64,000 bases of DNA from Bradymonadia bacterium (GCA_046290225.1 JBKAGE010000034.1:288001-352000), one strand, 5' to 3'. Shown: positions 1-10,728, counted from the first letter of the stretch. Notes: generated by a model from the letters alone, not told the origin. Made by a program: numbers and translations.

Positions 1-1150
1 CGAACAAATTAAGTCCCATCGGGGGCGTCAGATAGCCCAGCTCCAGGTTCACGATGAAGACCACCCCGAGGTGGATCGGGTCGATGCCCATCTGAGCAGC
101 CATAGGTACCAGCAACGGCACCAGGATCATGATGGCGCTCATGATGTCCATGAGGCAGCCCACGATGAGCAGCAGACCGTTCAGGATGAGGAAGAAGGTG
201 AAGGGGGTCAGGTCGAGGCTGGCGAGCCACTTCGCCGCTTCCTGGGGGATCTCCAGATCGGCGAGCAACCCGTTGAGGCCCACGGCCATGGCGAAGATGA
301 CCAGCAGCGAGCCCATGAGCACGCTGGCTTCACCGACGATGCCCGGCAGATCCTTGAGCTTCACCTCACGGTGAATGAACAGCTCCACCACGAGGCTGTA
401 GACCACGCTGATGGCGGCGGCGTCGTTGGCGGTGAAGATGCCGGAGTAGATGCCCCCGAGGATGATGACCGGGAGCATGAGGGCCCAGAAGCCATCGGCG
501 AAGGCGTGGCCGATCTCCCGGAAGTTGGGCGTTCCGAAGCGCTCGCCCTTCTTCAAGCCCACGATCATGCAGAAGCCGCTGAGCAGCAGGCCGATGATGA
601 TGCCGGGGCCGAGGCCCGCGAGGAACAGGTCTTCGACCTTGATGTTCCCCCCGGCGAAGATCGCGTAGACGATCATCGGGATGCTCGGGGGGATCAAGAT
701 GCCCAGGGTGCCGGCGCTGGTGACGAGGCCCGTGCTGAACCGCTTGCTGTACCCCGCCTCGATGAGGGCCGGGTACATGACGCCGCCGATGGTGATGACG
801 GTGACGGGGCTCGAGCCGCTGATGGCGGCGAAGAACATGCACGCCACGACGGTGGCGATGCCGAGGCCACCCGGCAAACCGCTGAACGAAGCCCGCGCCA
901 CCCCCACGAGTCTGCTGGCGATGGCGCCGTGACTCATGATGGTGCCGGACAACACGAAGAACGGCACAGCGAGCAGCGGCGGTTTACCCGTGAGCTCGCG
1001 CATGTACTCCACAAGCTCGACGTCCATCAAGCCGCTGGCGTGACCGGTGAGCACAAAGCCCAACACGGTGATCACGCCGATGATGACGAAGAGCGGCACC
1101 GAGACAAGAAGAAGCCCCACAAGGGCCAGGACGATGATCAGGGTGGTCAA
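1..1150 (-). CDS. dctM: TRAP transporter large permease (DctM); C-terminus runs off the window edge
   Basis: Not in the ORF track because there is no stop in the window. Read manually from TTG at 1150, which overlaps the dctQ stop: MTTLIIVLALVGLLLVSVPLFVIIG..., very hydrophobic, with GTLGILIPPSIPMIVYA and NLELGYLTPPMGLNLF, both typical DctM motifs. Confidence 0.93.
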   Translation of the reverse strand, partial: MTTLIIVLALVGLLLVSVPLFVIIGVITVLGFVLTGHASGLMDVELVEYMRELTGKPPLLAVPFFVLSGTIMSHGAIASRLVGVARASFSGLPGGLGIATVVACMFFAAISGSSPVTVITIGGVMYPALIEAGYSKRFSTGLVTSAGTLGILIPPSIPMIVYAIFAGGNIKVEDLFLAGLGPGIIIGLLLSGFCMIVGLKKGERFGTPNFREIGHAFADGFWALMLPVIILGGIYSGIFTANDAAAISVVYSLVVELFIHREVKLKDLPGIVGEASVLMGSLLVIFAMAVGLNGLLADLEIPQEAAKWLASLDLTPFTFFLILNGLLLIVGCLMDIMSAIMILVPLLVPMAAQMGIDPIHLGVVFIVNLELGYLTPPMGLNLF

Positions 1151-2112
1151 TGGGTCACCTGTCGTTCGGGCAGAGTGGGGTTCATGAAGGCGTGGATGGC
1201 GTATGCGAGGAATCGCAGACCCATGAACGCGAAGGCGATGGTCACCGAGGCGGTGATGGTCCAGGCAGGCAGGCCCGTCGCAGGCCTCACCTCGCCGCTG
1301 GCGAGGTCACCGCGAGGGCCGAAGATGGCCTCGTAAGCCAGGATGGACACATAGAGGCAAATGAGGGCGGTCACCAGCAAGCCCAAGGCCCTGGCGTAGG
1401 CCCCCATCTTGGCCGGCATGACCCGGGACAGGGCGTCGACGACGATGTGACGCTGCACCCGGGTGGCCATGCTGGCGCCGAGGAAGGCCATCCAGGCCAG
1501 CAGAATCAGCGCCAGCTCCTCAGCCCAGGTGTACCCCTCGGGCAAGAGCATCGACGCCCAACCACCGAGGGCGCCGAAGATGACCGCCAGGGCGATGCCG
1601 GCGGTCTGCTTGGCTTTCACGCTGTAGGCTAGGTAGCCCAGCATGCCCACTTCGAGGACAGAGAAGGTCACCCACTTGCTGGGCACCTTCACCACGAACT
1701 GGATCATGCCGTAGGCCCCCACGAGAGCCAGCGCCCCCCAAATCGGCCCCCACAGCTTCGGGCCTGGCGTGGCCATCCTGCGCCGCCGGGCGCCGTACAC
1801 CCCCCACCCTGCGCCAAAGGCGGTGAGGGCGAGGATGATGGGCACCACGTTGGCGTTGAGGCTCGCCAGCAGCTCGGGATCCGGCGGGCCGTCCCCTTCT
1901 GTCATCACTCCGGCGATGATCTCGCCGAGGCGGCTGCGATCGGTGGCAAATGACCGATAGATGATGCCGAGGGTGACGGTGAAGGTCATGACCAGCCCGG
2001 CAACAGTGACAAATGCCTTTTCGAAGGCGAAGAGCGCGCCGTCGAGGGTGCCCATCAACCCCGGGAGGGGTGCGGCATCGCCCTGTTCAGCTTCAGGAGG
2101 GGTACTGGCCAT
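1147..2112 (-). CDS. dctQ: TRAP transporter small permease (DctQ-like), extended with extra TM helices
   Basis: TWAEELALILLAWMAFLGASMATRVQRHIVVD is the DctQ signature. Lies between dctP and dctM. 321 aa. Confidence 0.85.
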   Translation of the reverse strand: MASTPPEAEQGDAAPLPGLMGTLDGALFAFEKAFVTVAGLVMTFTVTLGIIYRSFATDRSRLGEIIAGVMTEGDGPPDPELLASLNANVVPIILALTAFGAGWGVYGARRRRMATPGPKLWGPIWGALALVGAYGMIQFVVKVPSKWVTFSVLEVGMLGYLAYSVKAKQTAGIALAVIFGALGGWASMLLPEGYTWAEELALILLAWMAFLGASMATRVQRHIVVDALSRVMPAKMGAYARALGLLVTALICLYVSILAYEAIFGPRGDLASGEVRPATGLPAWTITASVTIAFAFMGLRFLAYAIHAFMNPTLPERQVTH

Positions 2113-2200
2113 GATCGCTCACAGTGGAGAGGAGGCGTTGGCGGAGGTGTGGGCCGAGAATCGGGCGCAGGGGGTGTACCGTGTACCCGACTGCGACGTG

Positions 2201-3223
2201 TCAGCCGCCCTTGGCCTTGATGATGGTGTCGAGGAGCTTCTTGCCGAGCTCGGAGGCGGTGTTGCGGGCCTTGTCCCAGGTGGGACGGGTCAGCTTCTTG
2301 AAGGCACCACGCTCAGCCTCGGTGAGGGTGTAGGTCTTGATGCCCTGAGCTTCCATGTTCTTGAGCAGGGCGGGACCGAGGGCGCGGATGGCCTTCATGC
2401 TCTTCTTGCCCATCTTCATACCGGGGGCGAGGATCGCCTCCTGCACGTCAGCGGGCTGAGCCTCGAGCCACTCTTTGTTGATGGCCACGACGGCGGGCTG
2501 GTAGATGTGCCGGCTCTCGGTCCAGTGATCCACGGACTGCTGCCAGCCCACGGCCTGGGTGAAGAGCAGGGTGTTGTCGAAGCCGTCGACGACGCCGGTC
2601 TTGAGGGAGGACTGCACCTCGCTCACGGCGATGGCCACGGGGCTGGCCCCGAGGGCGCGGTACATGTTGAGGTGCACCGCCGACTCCTGGCTGCGCATCT
2701 TGCGGGCCTTGAGATCAGCGGGACTCTTGATGAAGGTGCCCTTGGCGCCCCAGCTGCGGAAGCCGTTCTCCGAAAGGATCAACAGCTTGAAGCCCTTGGC
2801 CTCGAGGATCTCCTGCACGATGGGCAGAGCGGGGCCGTGGAGGATGGAGTCCACCTCTTTGTTGTTCTCGAAGAGGAACGGCAGCTCGAGGAGCTCGAGC
2901 TCCTTGACGATGGTGGCCATGGCTCCGGTGGAGACCGCTGCCCCCTGGAGCTTCCCCTTGAAGGTCTGGCGCACGATGCTCTGCTCGTCGCCCTTCACGC
3001 CGCCGGCGTAGATCTTCACCTTCACCTTGCCGTTCGAAGCCTTCTTCACGGCTTTGCGGTAGCGCTTGAGCAGCTCGGTCCAGGGGGTCTGGTTGGGGGC
3101 CACCGTGGCGATCTTGAGGACGATCTTCTCGTCTTCGGCCTGAGCGTTGGCGGCGAACATGGCGGAGAGGCCCAGGGCCAGGGCACCTACAGTGAGGGCC
3201 TTCAGTGCAGTACGCTTGAACAT
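2201..3223 (-). CDS. dctP: TRAP transporter substrate-binding protein (DctP)
   Basis: Signal peptide (MFKRTALK...ANAQA), LKIATVAP, ENGFRSW, KMRSQES, SLKTGVVDG. Start moved to ATG 3223 with an AAGGGAG SD. Confidence 0.92.
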   Translation of the reverse strand: MFKRTALKALTVGALALGLSAMFAANAQAEDEKIVLKIATVAPNQTPWTELLKRYRKAVKKASNGKVKVKIYAGGVKGDEQSIVRQTFKGKLQGAAVSTGAMATIVKELELLELPFLFENNKEVDSILHGPALPIVQEILEAKGFKLLILSENGFRSWGAKGTFIKSPADLKARKMRSQESAVHLNMYRALGASPVAIAVSEVQSSLKTGVVDGFDNTLLFTQAVGWQQSVDHWTESRHIYQPAVVAINKEWLEAQPADVQEAILAPGMKMGKKSMKAIRALGPALLKNMEAQGIKTYTLTEAERGAFKKLTRPTWDKARNTASELGKKLLDTIIKAKGG

Positions 3224-3322
3224 ACTGAGCTCCCTTCTTGAGGGGATGAAAGATTGTGCTAGGGACACATGCGGACGGGGGGGTGCTCGGCGGGATTCAT
3301 CTCACCCCCGAGCACATGCCAC

Positions 3323-4228
3323 TCAGAAGAAGTCTTCTGCGTCTTCGATCATGCCCTTGGCTTGCCGCTGGGCGTTCTGGTTCTCGGGGACGAGATCGGC
3401 GCTGAGCGCGTTGGCGTCGGCGTCGACCACCTCTTTGAGGAGCTTCTTGAAGACCTCGATGCCGCCGCCCTCGTCCTCGTCGACGCGGGTGGCCCACTCG
3501 CGGGCCATGTACACCTTGGTCTCGAGGTACTCGGGTGCGAGCTCGATGGACTTCTCGAAGTGCATCTTCGACTTGTTGAGATCACTCGAGAAAGGCACCT
3601 TGGCCCAGTAGGCACCGAAGTACCGGTGGGGGCCGCCGTAGAAGAACTTCTCGTCGAGCTTCTTGCAGTGGGTCATGAGAGCGCTGACGCGGTCCTTGTA
3701 CTTGAGGGCGGTGGCGATGCCCTCCATGACCATCCACTTGCCGAGGTTGCTGGAGTACCAGTACATCGCCTCGAGGCCCTTGGGCGACGTCACCGAGGGG
3801 ATGGCGTCGTTCCAGCTCTCGCCGGCCTTGATCTTGGCAGCGAACTCGGGGCTCGTGAGCTTGATGGCGGTCTCGGCGGCGATGACCCCCTTGTCGAAGG
3901 AAGCCTTCTGAGCATCCTTGCTGTCGTCTTCCCAGCGCAGGTGAAGGTTGGACATGCTGTAGTAGGCCCGGGCGAGCATGACCTGCACGTCGGCTCGGGT
4001 GGGATCCATGTCGGCGGCCTTCTTGAAGGCGTCGATGGACTTCTGGAGCTCAGCCTTGTCGCCGCGCTTTGCCCAGTGGCCCATGGCTTCGTCCACGAGG
4101 GGCTGGGCGTCGCCCTTCTTCACCGCGTTGATGTCCTGGGTGAGCAGTTCCTGACGGCCACCACAGCCGGTGAGGGTGGGCAGAGACAGGGCACCACACA
4201 ACAGGCCCAAACACAGTCGACGGATCAT
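3323..4228 (-). CDS. TRAP-associated TPR lipoprotein (TatT / T-component-like)
   Basis: ATG 4228 with AGGAGG SD, lipobox LTGC, helical/TPR-like body with YGGPHRYFGAYWAKVP and HFEKSIELAPEYL. First gene of the TRAP operon. Confidence 0.75.
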   Translation of the reverse strand: MIRRLCLGLLCGALSLPTLTGCGGRQELLTQDINAVKKGDAQPLVDEAMGHWAKRGDKAELQKSIDAFKKAADMDPTRADVQVMLARAYYSMSNLHLRWEDDSKDAQKASFDKGVIAAETAIKLTSPEFAAKIKAGESWNDAIPSVTSPKGLEAMYWYSSNLGKWMVMEGIATALKYKDRVSALMTHCKKLDEKFFYGGPHRYFGAYWAKVPFSSDLNKSKMHFEKSIELAPEYLETKVYMAREWATRVDEDEGGGIEVFKKLLKEVVDADANALSADLVPENQNAQRQAKGMIEDAEDFF

Positions 4229-4443
4229 CGGTCCTCCTTGATCATGCCTCGAGGGCACCACACGCCCCCCAAACGGAGAGTAGATGTGGTGAGTGCGATG
4301 TGCGTCGCGGGCACATCTCGTCACGGGCATATGTAAGTCACTGTTCCCCCTGGCGTATCACCGGGCTCATGCCCCGTCAACCGGGCCGTTCTCAAACCCT
4401 CTACACGCCGGGCTGCAGCACGGGGTGTGCTGCGACGCAACAA

Positions 4444-7400
4444 TCACTCTTCTTCGGCTTCCGCGTCGGACAGTTTGCCGTAGAGAGCTCTCACATCAGC
4501 AGGAACTTTGAGACCAGCGTCTACCCAACGCGTCATCAGCTGTGCGAGATGCTGCACAGCAACACCCCCCTGGCTCAAAACCCCCCCGAGCAGCTCGGCG
4601 CGCTCCATTTCGAGGGCAACAGTGGGCTCATCCAGGCCTTCCCCTCTGGCGGCGAGATCCACATCGAGGATGGTGGCGAGGGCTGGCCACGCTTCTGCCT
4701 GACGCGCCGCAACGCGTCGGGTGATCCGGGCGTGCTCGTCTGCCTCGTCGAGGGCCAGCCACTCCTCGGCAGCTGTCAGGGCCTCTTGGGGCTGCTCGAG
4801 TTCGTGCAAGTGCACGTGGGCCTTTCGAGCCCACAAGCTCGGCTCCTTCCGGGCTGTGGGGCTGCGGGAAAGTGCCTCGTCGAGCATCTCGATGAGACGG
4901 GTCCACTCACCTTGCGCCGAGTAGTGCAGGACCAGACGCCTCAAAGCAGGTCGGCAACCGGGATAAGCGGAGAGGGCTCGCTCTGCTTCAGTCACCACAC
5001 CTGCGCGGTCATCACGGGCCTCGAAGACCTTTTCGAGCAACGAGAAGGCCTCTTCGGACTCCACAGGGCTCAGGCCCGTACCGGCGATGTCAGGGGCCTC
5101 CAGAGCTCGACGTGCGTGGGCGGCAGCCCCAGCGGGATCACCTCGCTCGTCGGCGAGCACGCTCAGCCCCAGCTCGGCGAGGGGGAAACGACCATACCCT
5201 GCTGCAGTGGTGAGATCGGCGATGACGCGCTCGTCCATGGCCAGGTATCTGCGACGAATGCCACCGCGGAGCGCCCGCCAGGTGGCTGCGCGAGTGGGAC
5301 CCGCGCGCTCGATGATGAGATCGAGGCGATTGATCAACGCTTCGAGGTTGGCCTCGCCACCCTGTTGAGCCAGGGCCCGGGCAGCCTCTGCTCGAGCCTC
5401 GAAGGGCAGCCCCTCATCTTCGAGGATCTGCACCCAGGTGTTCTGGGACGCCTCTGGCACTGGGGGTGCCCCTGCATCGGGGTGCTCTAAATCGATCGTG
5501 GGGCGCTGCACCACAGGGGGCGCCTCGGCGAGCTCTGGAAGCGCCGATTCCACCAACGGTGCCTCATCGTCAGGCTCGGCCCCAATCCCCCCGGGCTCAA
5601 CGGCGCCAGGCCTCGCCAGCGGAGGCGGCGTCCCTCGCTTGGGTCGCTGCACCCAGACGCCTGAGATCCGCTCCGTGGGCACAGCAGGACTGGCACCCGG
5701 TGTCTCCAGCTCGTCAGCGAGCTCTGCGAACATGTCTTCCAGCCCGCTGTCCCCTTGTGCGGTGGCCGATTCGGCCTCCTCGATGGCCGGCGGTGTGAGC
5801 GGCAGCTCACCGGCGAGGCTCCGGGGATCGAGGGCTGTATCTTCGCCTTCGAGGGCCTCTTCGATGTCGTCGAGCAAGCCAGCGAAGTCCATCTCGTCGG
5901 CGAAGGCATCTCCAGCCTCAGGCACTTCAGCAGGCTCGGGCGCATCCCCCAAGCGCTCCACCAAAGCCTTCATGGCCTCGGCGTCGTCGGTGCCGTCCAG
6001 ATCTTCGATGGCCGTCAGCGCCCACTGCCTCGCCTGCTCAGGCCAGCTGAGGGGGCCGTCGAAGAGCTCGGCCAATCGGGCAGCAGTGGTACCGCGCATC
6101 GGACCCGGCAGGCTCATGGCATGCTCGCGACGCAGCACGTCGGCGAGGGCGTGGGGATCATCGATGCGCTCGAGCAGGCCCCCGAGGGCCTCAAGAGACT
6201 CCACGTTCTCCGCCCAGGCATCGAGGCTGGCCTCGTAGAGGCGCCGGGCATCTTCGAGGGCCTCTTCAGCGAGGGCGAGATCTGCCGCCTCCTTGAAGAG
6301 GTTCGATCGGGCGATGCCCTCTGCCCCTTGAGTGCCATGGCTCCGCGCTCGGGCCTCGAGAGCAGGTTTCAGCGCGAGAGGATCGCTCAACGTACGGGCG
6401 AGTTCCACCCAGGCCGCCATGAGCGCGGGCTCCGGAGCAAGATCGGCAGCCTGAGCGAAATGTGCCAGAGCCCCACGGGCATCAGTGGGCTGCTTCAACT
6501 CTGCCAGCTGCCAGTGTCGTCGCCCTCTCTCCACAGCAGGTTGCCCCGGAAGGCTGATCTCGAGCCGGTCGATGGCCTCTGTCGTGCGACCCTGGGCCAG
6601 CAGCAACTCCACATGCAGCGTGAGCGGCCGAGCGGCGCCGCGATCTTCGATGGCCTCCAAAGCCGTCAGCGCAGCCTGAGTCTCACCGGCAGATCTCAAG
6701 GCCGAGGCCTGATGCACCCTCAAGTCGTCTGCCTGACCCAGACCCTGAGCAATGGCCTGGTCGTACAGCGCGCTGAGGGCTCTCCAGTCGCCCCGGATGC
6801 TGTGCAGCTCCTCAGATGCCTCGAAGGCCTCCTGCCAGACAGCGCCACCTTCTCCGAGCTCAAGCACCTTGCCGAAGGCCTGCAGCGCCCCATCGATGTC
6901 ATTGAGGCCGTCGCGGCGGAAATCCGCCAGGGCCAGCCAGCAGCTCGACGCGTCTTCGGTGCCTGCGGCTTGCTCTGCAGCGAGCAAGAGCGCCCCCGCT
7001 TCCTCGGCGAAGGCCGCCTCCTGCTCAGGATCGACCTCCATCTCGCCGGCGAGCAATCGATCGAGCACCGCCAGCTCATCGTCCACCTCAGCGGGCTCGG
7101 CCTCCTCCGCGCTCAAGGTGCCCTGCTCGAGGTCTTCGAGCAGGCCTGCCACGTCTTCGCGATCTGGATCGAACTCGAGGGCCGCCTTGAGGCTGGCCTC
7201 GGCCACAGCTTTGTGGGCGGGATCGAGGGCCAGAGCCTGCCCCGCTGAGATCAGCACCTCCAGATGGCGCTCCACAGGTGGGAAGCCCTGCTTGAGCCAG
7301 TCGAACGTGGCCCCTGCGAGGGTGTTGGTCTCACCCACGGCCACCGCCGAGGCAACGAGGTGCACCACCACGTCAGGGGGGCCGTCGCCAGCGTGATGCA

Positions 7401-10400
7401 GTGACGCCAGCCGCGCCCGCGCCCGCTCCGGCGCCCCGGTGTGCATCTCGGCCACTGCGAGCCTGAACGCATCCTCAGGACGAATCTCGTCATCTTCGAT
7501 CTGAGCCAGCAAAGTCAGGCGCTTGCGCACCTCGGGCCAGTCCTCTGCCCGGTAGGCGTGCTCGCCCAGGGCGGCGAGGGCAGGCACGTGACGGCGATCG
7601 ATCTCCAGGGCCTTGAGGGCGAACCTGCGGCCTTCCTCTGGGCGCTTGAGCGCCCCGAAGGCCAGCCGGGCGAGCTGCATCAACACCCCAGGGCGCTCTC
7701 GGGCCTCCGCCCGGGCGAGCTCGGCGCGGAGCAGCGTGTCCACTGTGGCGTAGTCGTCGAGGGCTGTGGCCACCTCCAGGCGCAGTCGATGGGCCTCGAG
7801 ATCGTTGGGATCGATGTCGAGCACCTCGTCGAGCAGCGGCGCGGCCTCTTCGGGGCGCCGCATCTGTCGCCACAGCAACCTCGCGGAGCGGCTCGCGAGG
7901 AACCCTCTGATCTCATCTCGACGGGCACGCTTGAGCCCGGCGTTGAAGAAGCCCACCACCCCCTCGAGATCGCCGAGCATGAGGAACAGATCGAGGGCCC
8001 GCTCGTAGATCGCCATCAAATCGGGATCGTGTCGAGCCGCCTCCGTGAGCATCTCGAGGGCCTCTGGGGCCCGGTTGAGCGCAGCGAAGACCTCGGAGAG
8101 CCGCACCTTGAAGGGCCCCGCGGGCTCGTCATAGCCCTGCTCCTCGTACAGCTCGTAGAGCCGCAGATACTTCTCCAGGGCCACATCTTCCCGACCAGAC
8201 TCGAAGGCCAGATCGGCCACGCCTCTGAGGGCCTCGGGCTCGTCGCCCTGAACCGCCAGTACACCTTCATATGCGCGGAACGCCTCGTTGGGGCGCATGA
8301 GAGGGCCGGCGAGCAGCCGCGCGTGGGCCAGCCGATGGCGGACCGCCTGCTCGGTGGAGGGCGCAGCATCCCCGAGCCGCTCAAGCAAAGGCGCCAGCTC
8401 TGCGAAACGCTCACGCTCGGTGTAGATGTCCACCAGCCCTTCCAGAGCCAGAAGAGATCCCTCGTCACAGCCCAGGGCCAGAGAGAAGGCCTCAGCGGCC
8501 TCGTCGACCTGGTTGAGGTGATCTTTCAGCAGCGCCCCACGCTCCCCGTACAGCTCAGCGAGCTTCTCGGGTGCAGTCACCAGCTCGGTGAGACGTCTGA
8601 GGACCTCGGCGAGGGGGCCGTACTCGGCCCGCACCCGGTAGAGCTTCGCCAGGGCCCAGAGCGCATCGGGCAGCTCTGGAGAGAGCGCATCGGCCTTTTC
8701 GAGCAGGCGCCGCGCCCGACCCATGTCACCCATTCGGCCGCCGATGATGTCGGCGAGCTCGATGAGCGTCCGCGCCTGGTCCTCTGGCTCAGGGCGCTTC
8801 TCCGCCGCCACCTCGAGCAGCCGGGCCAGATCTCCCCATCGCTCCGCCTCGGTGTAGATGTCCTTGAGTGCCAGCACTGCGGCCCAGGCAATGCCAGAGG
8901 GGCCATCGAGAGCCTTCTGCAGGTGTGGGATGGCGGCCTGGACAGCGCCGAGGGGCCCGGCGAGCAGACGACCGAGAGCCAGGTGAGCCTGTGGGCGATC
9001 GAGTGCGCTGTCATTGGCCCCTCTCAGGGCCTGCTCGTAGTGGCGCCGGGCCTGCTGAGGCTCACCGGCGATCTCGCAGATGCGGGCGAGGCCCACCAGC
9101 GCACCAGCATGGCCCGGTGAGAGCATGAGGGCCTGGCGATAGCGCAGCTTTGCCGTCGCCCCTTCGTCTCCGTCCACCTCGCTCCAGAGACGACCCAGCT
9201 CCACCAGCAGCGCAGCAGCGGCCTCCACCTCTCCCGCCTGCTGTCGGATCTGTGCTGCCCGATCGAGGGCCTGAGCGGCAGCGAGCACCCGGCCGCCGCG
9301 CTCGTGGGCGCGGGCGAGGCCCACGAGGGCATCGAGATCTTCAGGGGCATCGTCGAGTACCCTGCTGAAGTAGACCGCCGCCGACTCCGTGTCTCCAGCC
9401 CCTTCGAGAGCAAGGCGGCCCAGATCTCGGAGCAGGCCACGACGTCTGTCGGGGTCAGTCTCCACGGCGAGCAGCTGCTCTCGGGTCTCAAGGGCCGAGG
9501 TCCAGTCCCCCACCCGCTGCTGAAGCTCTGCCAGCACCCTCAGCGCACCGGGCAGACGACGTCGCAGCTCGAGGGCCTGCTTGAGCGCCCGGATGGCCCC
9601 TTGTGGATCTGCCTGTTGGAGCAGACACCCTGCGCCCCAGAGGGCTTGAGCGGCTTCGATGACGTCCCCCCGCTCACGGGCTACGGCAGCGAGGCGCTTG
9701 AGAGACTCGGCGGCCTCCTCCACCTCACCTCGGGCGCCGAGGGTGCCTGCGAGGGCTGCCAGCGCATCGAGATCGTCAGCGTATCGGCTCAGATGACCAC
9801 GGACGAGGCGCTGAGCGCGGTGGTGACTCTCTGCCCGTCCGGTGGTGAGCTGCATGAGGCGGCGCACCAGAAACGGGTGCTCGGGGTGGATCTCCAGCTG
9901 ACGCTCATAGGCCTCGATGGCAGCCTCGGTGGCGCCGCTGCCCGCGAGCTGCTCGACCGATGCGTAGAGCGTCTTCGCCTCGTAGTCCGCCATGAAGCGT
10001 CGGTATCGTACGGCGGAGGCGTGGGCCGTAGCATCTACCGCTCGGGCGCCCTTGATGCGGCCCTCGGGACGCCCGGCGGCGAGCCTCAGACGACCACCAG
10101 AGGCGTCGACACTGGTGAGGCGCACCGCACGACGCTCTGGCACCTTCCAGCCCAGCTGAGCGCAGATCTCGATGAGCAGCACGTCGAGGGGATCGATGAC
10201 GGCACAGGTAGGCCCGGAGAGTCGTTCACTCAGGCCCCCGGCGCCGAGCAGCGCCGCTCCGAGAGAGAGCGGATTCAGACTCGCCGGCCCGAAGATTCGG
10301 CACTCATAGACGCTGACGACGAGGCTGCGTTCACCAGAGAGATACACAGGCTCGAGATGAAGCCGGGCGAGGAACGGCACTGTAGGTGGACCCGTAAGGG

Positions 10401-10728
10401 CCCCAGCCACGACGAGATCCCCTTCATGGGCTCGCGCCTCGACATCCTCGAAGACCCGGCCGTCGAGTTGTTGGCTCACCCACGCGCTCAGGGCCCCTTC
10501 ATGGGCATAGACAGCCACTTGCTCTAGACGGGTGCGGTGGTGACGGAACCGCTCCACCCCGGACGACATGTCGAGACGCGCCGGGAGAGCCTGGAGTGCC
10601 AGCTCCAGCTGCTCCACCACCAGCAGCTCACCCACTGGACGCTCGGAGAGCACAAGGCGGCCGAGACCCTGCTCGAGCTTCAGGGCGAAGCCCGAGCGTC
10701 TGGGCAGATGCGCCACACTCATGGCCAC
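4444..10728 (-). CDS. Giant TPR-repeat protein (~2090 aa) with an N-terminal non-TPR domain and acidic/Pro-rich linkers
   Basis: Long ORF with many TPR-like units (e.g. AIEAYERQLEIHPEHP, YRQALMLSPGHAGALVGLA, LDEVLDIDPNDLEA). No signal peptide. Confidence 0.85.
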   Translation of the reverse strand: MAMSVAHLPRRSGFALKLEQGLGRLVLSERPVGELLVVEQLELALQALPARLDMSSGVERFRHHRTRLEQVAVYAHEGALSAWVSQQLDGRVFEDVEARAHEGDLVVAGALTGPPTVPFLARLHLEPVYLSGERSLVVSVYECRIFGPASLNPLSLGAALLGAGGLSERLSGPTCAVIDPLDVLLIEICAQLGWKVPERRAVRLTSVDASGGRLRLAAGRPEGRIKGARAVDATAHASAVRYRRFMADYEAKTLYASVEQLAGSGATEAAIEAYERQLEIHPEHPFLVRRLMQLTTGRAESHHRAQRLVRGHLSRYADDLDALAALAGTLGARGEVEEAAESLKRLAAVARERGDVIEAAQALWGAGCLLQQADPQGAIRALKQALELRRRLPGALRVLAELQQRVGDWTSALETREQLLAVETDPDRRRGLLRDLGRLALEGAGDTESAAVYFSRVLDDAPEDLDALVGLARAHERGGRVLAAAQALDRAAQIRQQAGEVEAAAALLVELGRLWSEVDGDEGATAKLRYRQALMLSPGHAGALVGLARICEIAGEPQQARRHYEQALRGANDSALDRPQAHLALGRLLAGPLGAVQAAIPHLQKALDGPSGIAWAAVLALKDIYTEAERWGDLARLLEVAAEKRPEPEDQARTLIELADIIGGRMGDMGRARRLLEKADALSPELPDALWALAKLYRVRAEYGPLAEVLRRLTELVTAPEKLAELYGERGALLKDHLNQVDEAAEAFSLALGCDEGSLLALEGLVDIYTERERFAELAPLLERLGDAAPSTEQAVRHRLAHARLLAGPLMRPNEAFRAYEGVLAVQGDEPEALRGVADLAFESGREDVALEKYLRLYELYEEQGYDEPAGPFKVRLSEVFAALNRAPEALEMLTEAARHDPDLMAIYERALDLFLMLGDLEGVVGFFNAGLKRARRDEIRGFLASRSARLLWRQMRRPEEAAPLLDEVLDIDPNDLEAHRLRLEVATALDDYATVDTLLRAELARAEARERPGVLMQLARLAFGALKRPEEGRRFALKALEIDRRHVPALAALGEHAYRAEDWPEVRKRLTLLAQIEDDEIRPEDAFRLAVAEMHTGAPERARARLASLHHAGDGPPDVVVHLVASAVAVGETNTLAGATFDWLKQGFPPVERHLEVLISAGQALALDPAHKAVAEASLKAALEFDPDREDVAGLLEDLEQGTLSAEEAEPAEVDDELAVLDRLLAGEMEVDPEQEAAFAEEAGALLLAAEQAAGTEDASSCWLALADFRRDGLNDIDGALQAFGKVLELGEGGAVWQEAFEASEELHSIRGDWRALSALYDQAIAQGLGQADDLRVHQASALRSAGETQAALTALEAIEDRGAARPLTLHVELLLAQGRTTEAIDRLEISLPGQPAVERGRRHWQLAELKQPTDARGALAHFAQAADLAPEPALMAAWVELARTLSDPLALKPALEARARSHGTQGAEGIARSNLFKEAADLALAEEALEDARRLYEASLDAWAENVESLEALGGLLERIDDPHALADVLRREHAMSLPGPMRGTTAARLAELFDGPLSWPEQARQWALTAIEDLDGTDDAEAMKALVERLGDAPEPAEVPEAGDAFADEMDFAGLLDDIEEALEGEDTALDPRSLAGELPLTPPAIEEAESATAQGDSGLEDMFAELADELETPGASPAVPTERISGVWVQRPKRGTPPPLARPGAVEPGGIGAEPDDEAPLVESALPELAEAPPVVQRPTIDLEHPDAGAPPVPEASQNTWVQILEDEGLPFEARAEAARALAQQGGEANLEALINRLDLIIERAGPTRAATWRALRGGIRRRYLAMDERVIADLTTAAGYGRFPLAELGLSVLADERGDPAGAAAHARRALEAPDIAGTGLSPVESEEAFSLLEKVFEARDDRAGVVTEAERALSAYPGCRPALRRLVLHYSAQGEWTRLIEMLDEALSRSPTARKEPSLWARKAHVHLHELEQPQEALTAAEEWLALDEADEHARITRRVAARQAEAWPALATILDVDLAARGEGLDEPTVALEMERAELLGGVLSQGGVAVQHLAQLMTRWVDAGLKVPADVRALYGKLSDAEAEEE

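Noticed and set aside
71..1336. 421-aa plus-strand ORF and short minus-strand ORFs at the left edge
   Set aside because: The real gene is dctM in a minus-strand frame that has no stop inside the window.
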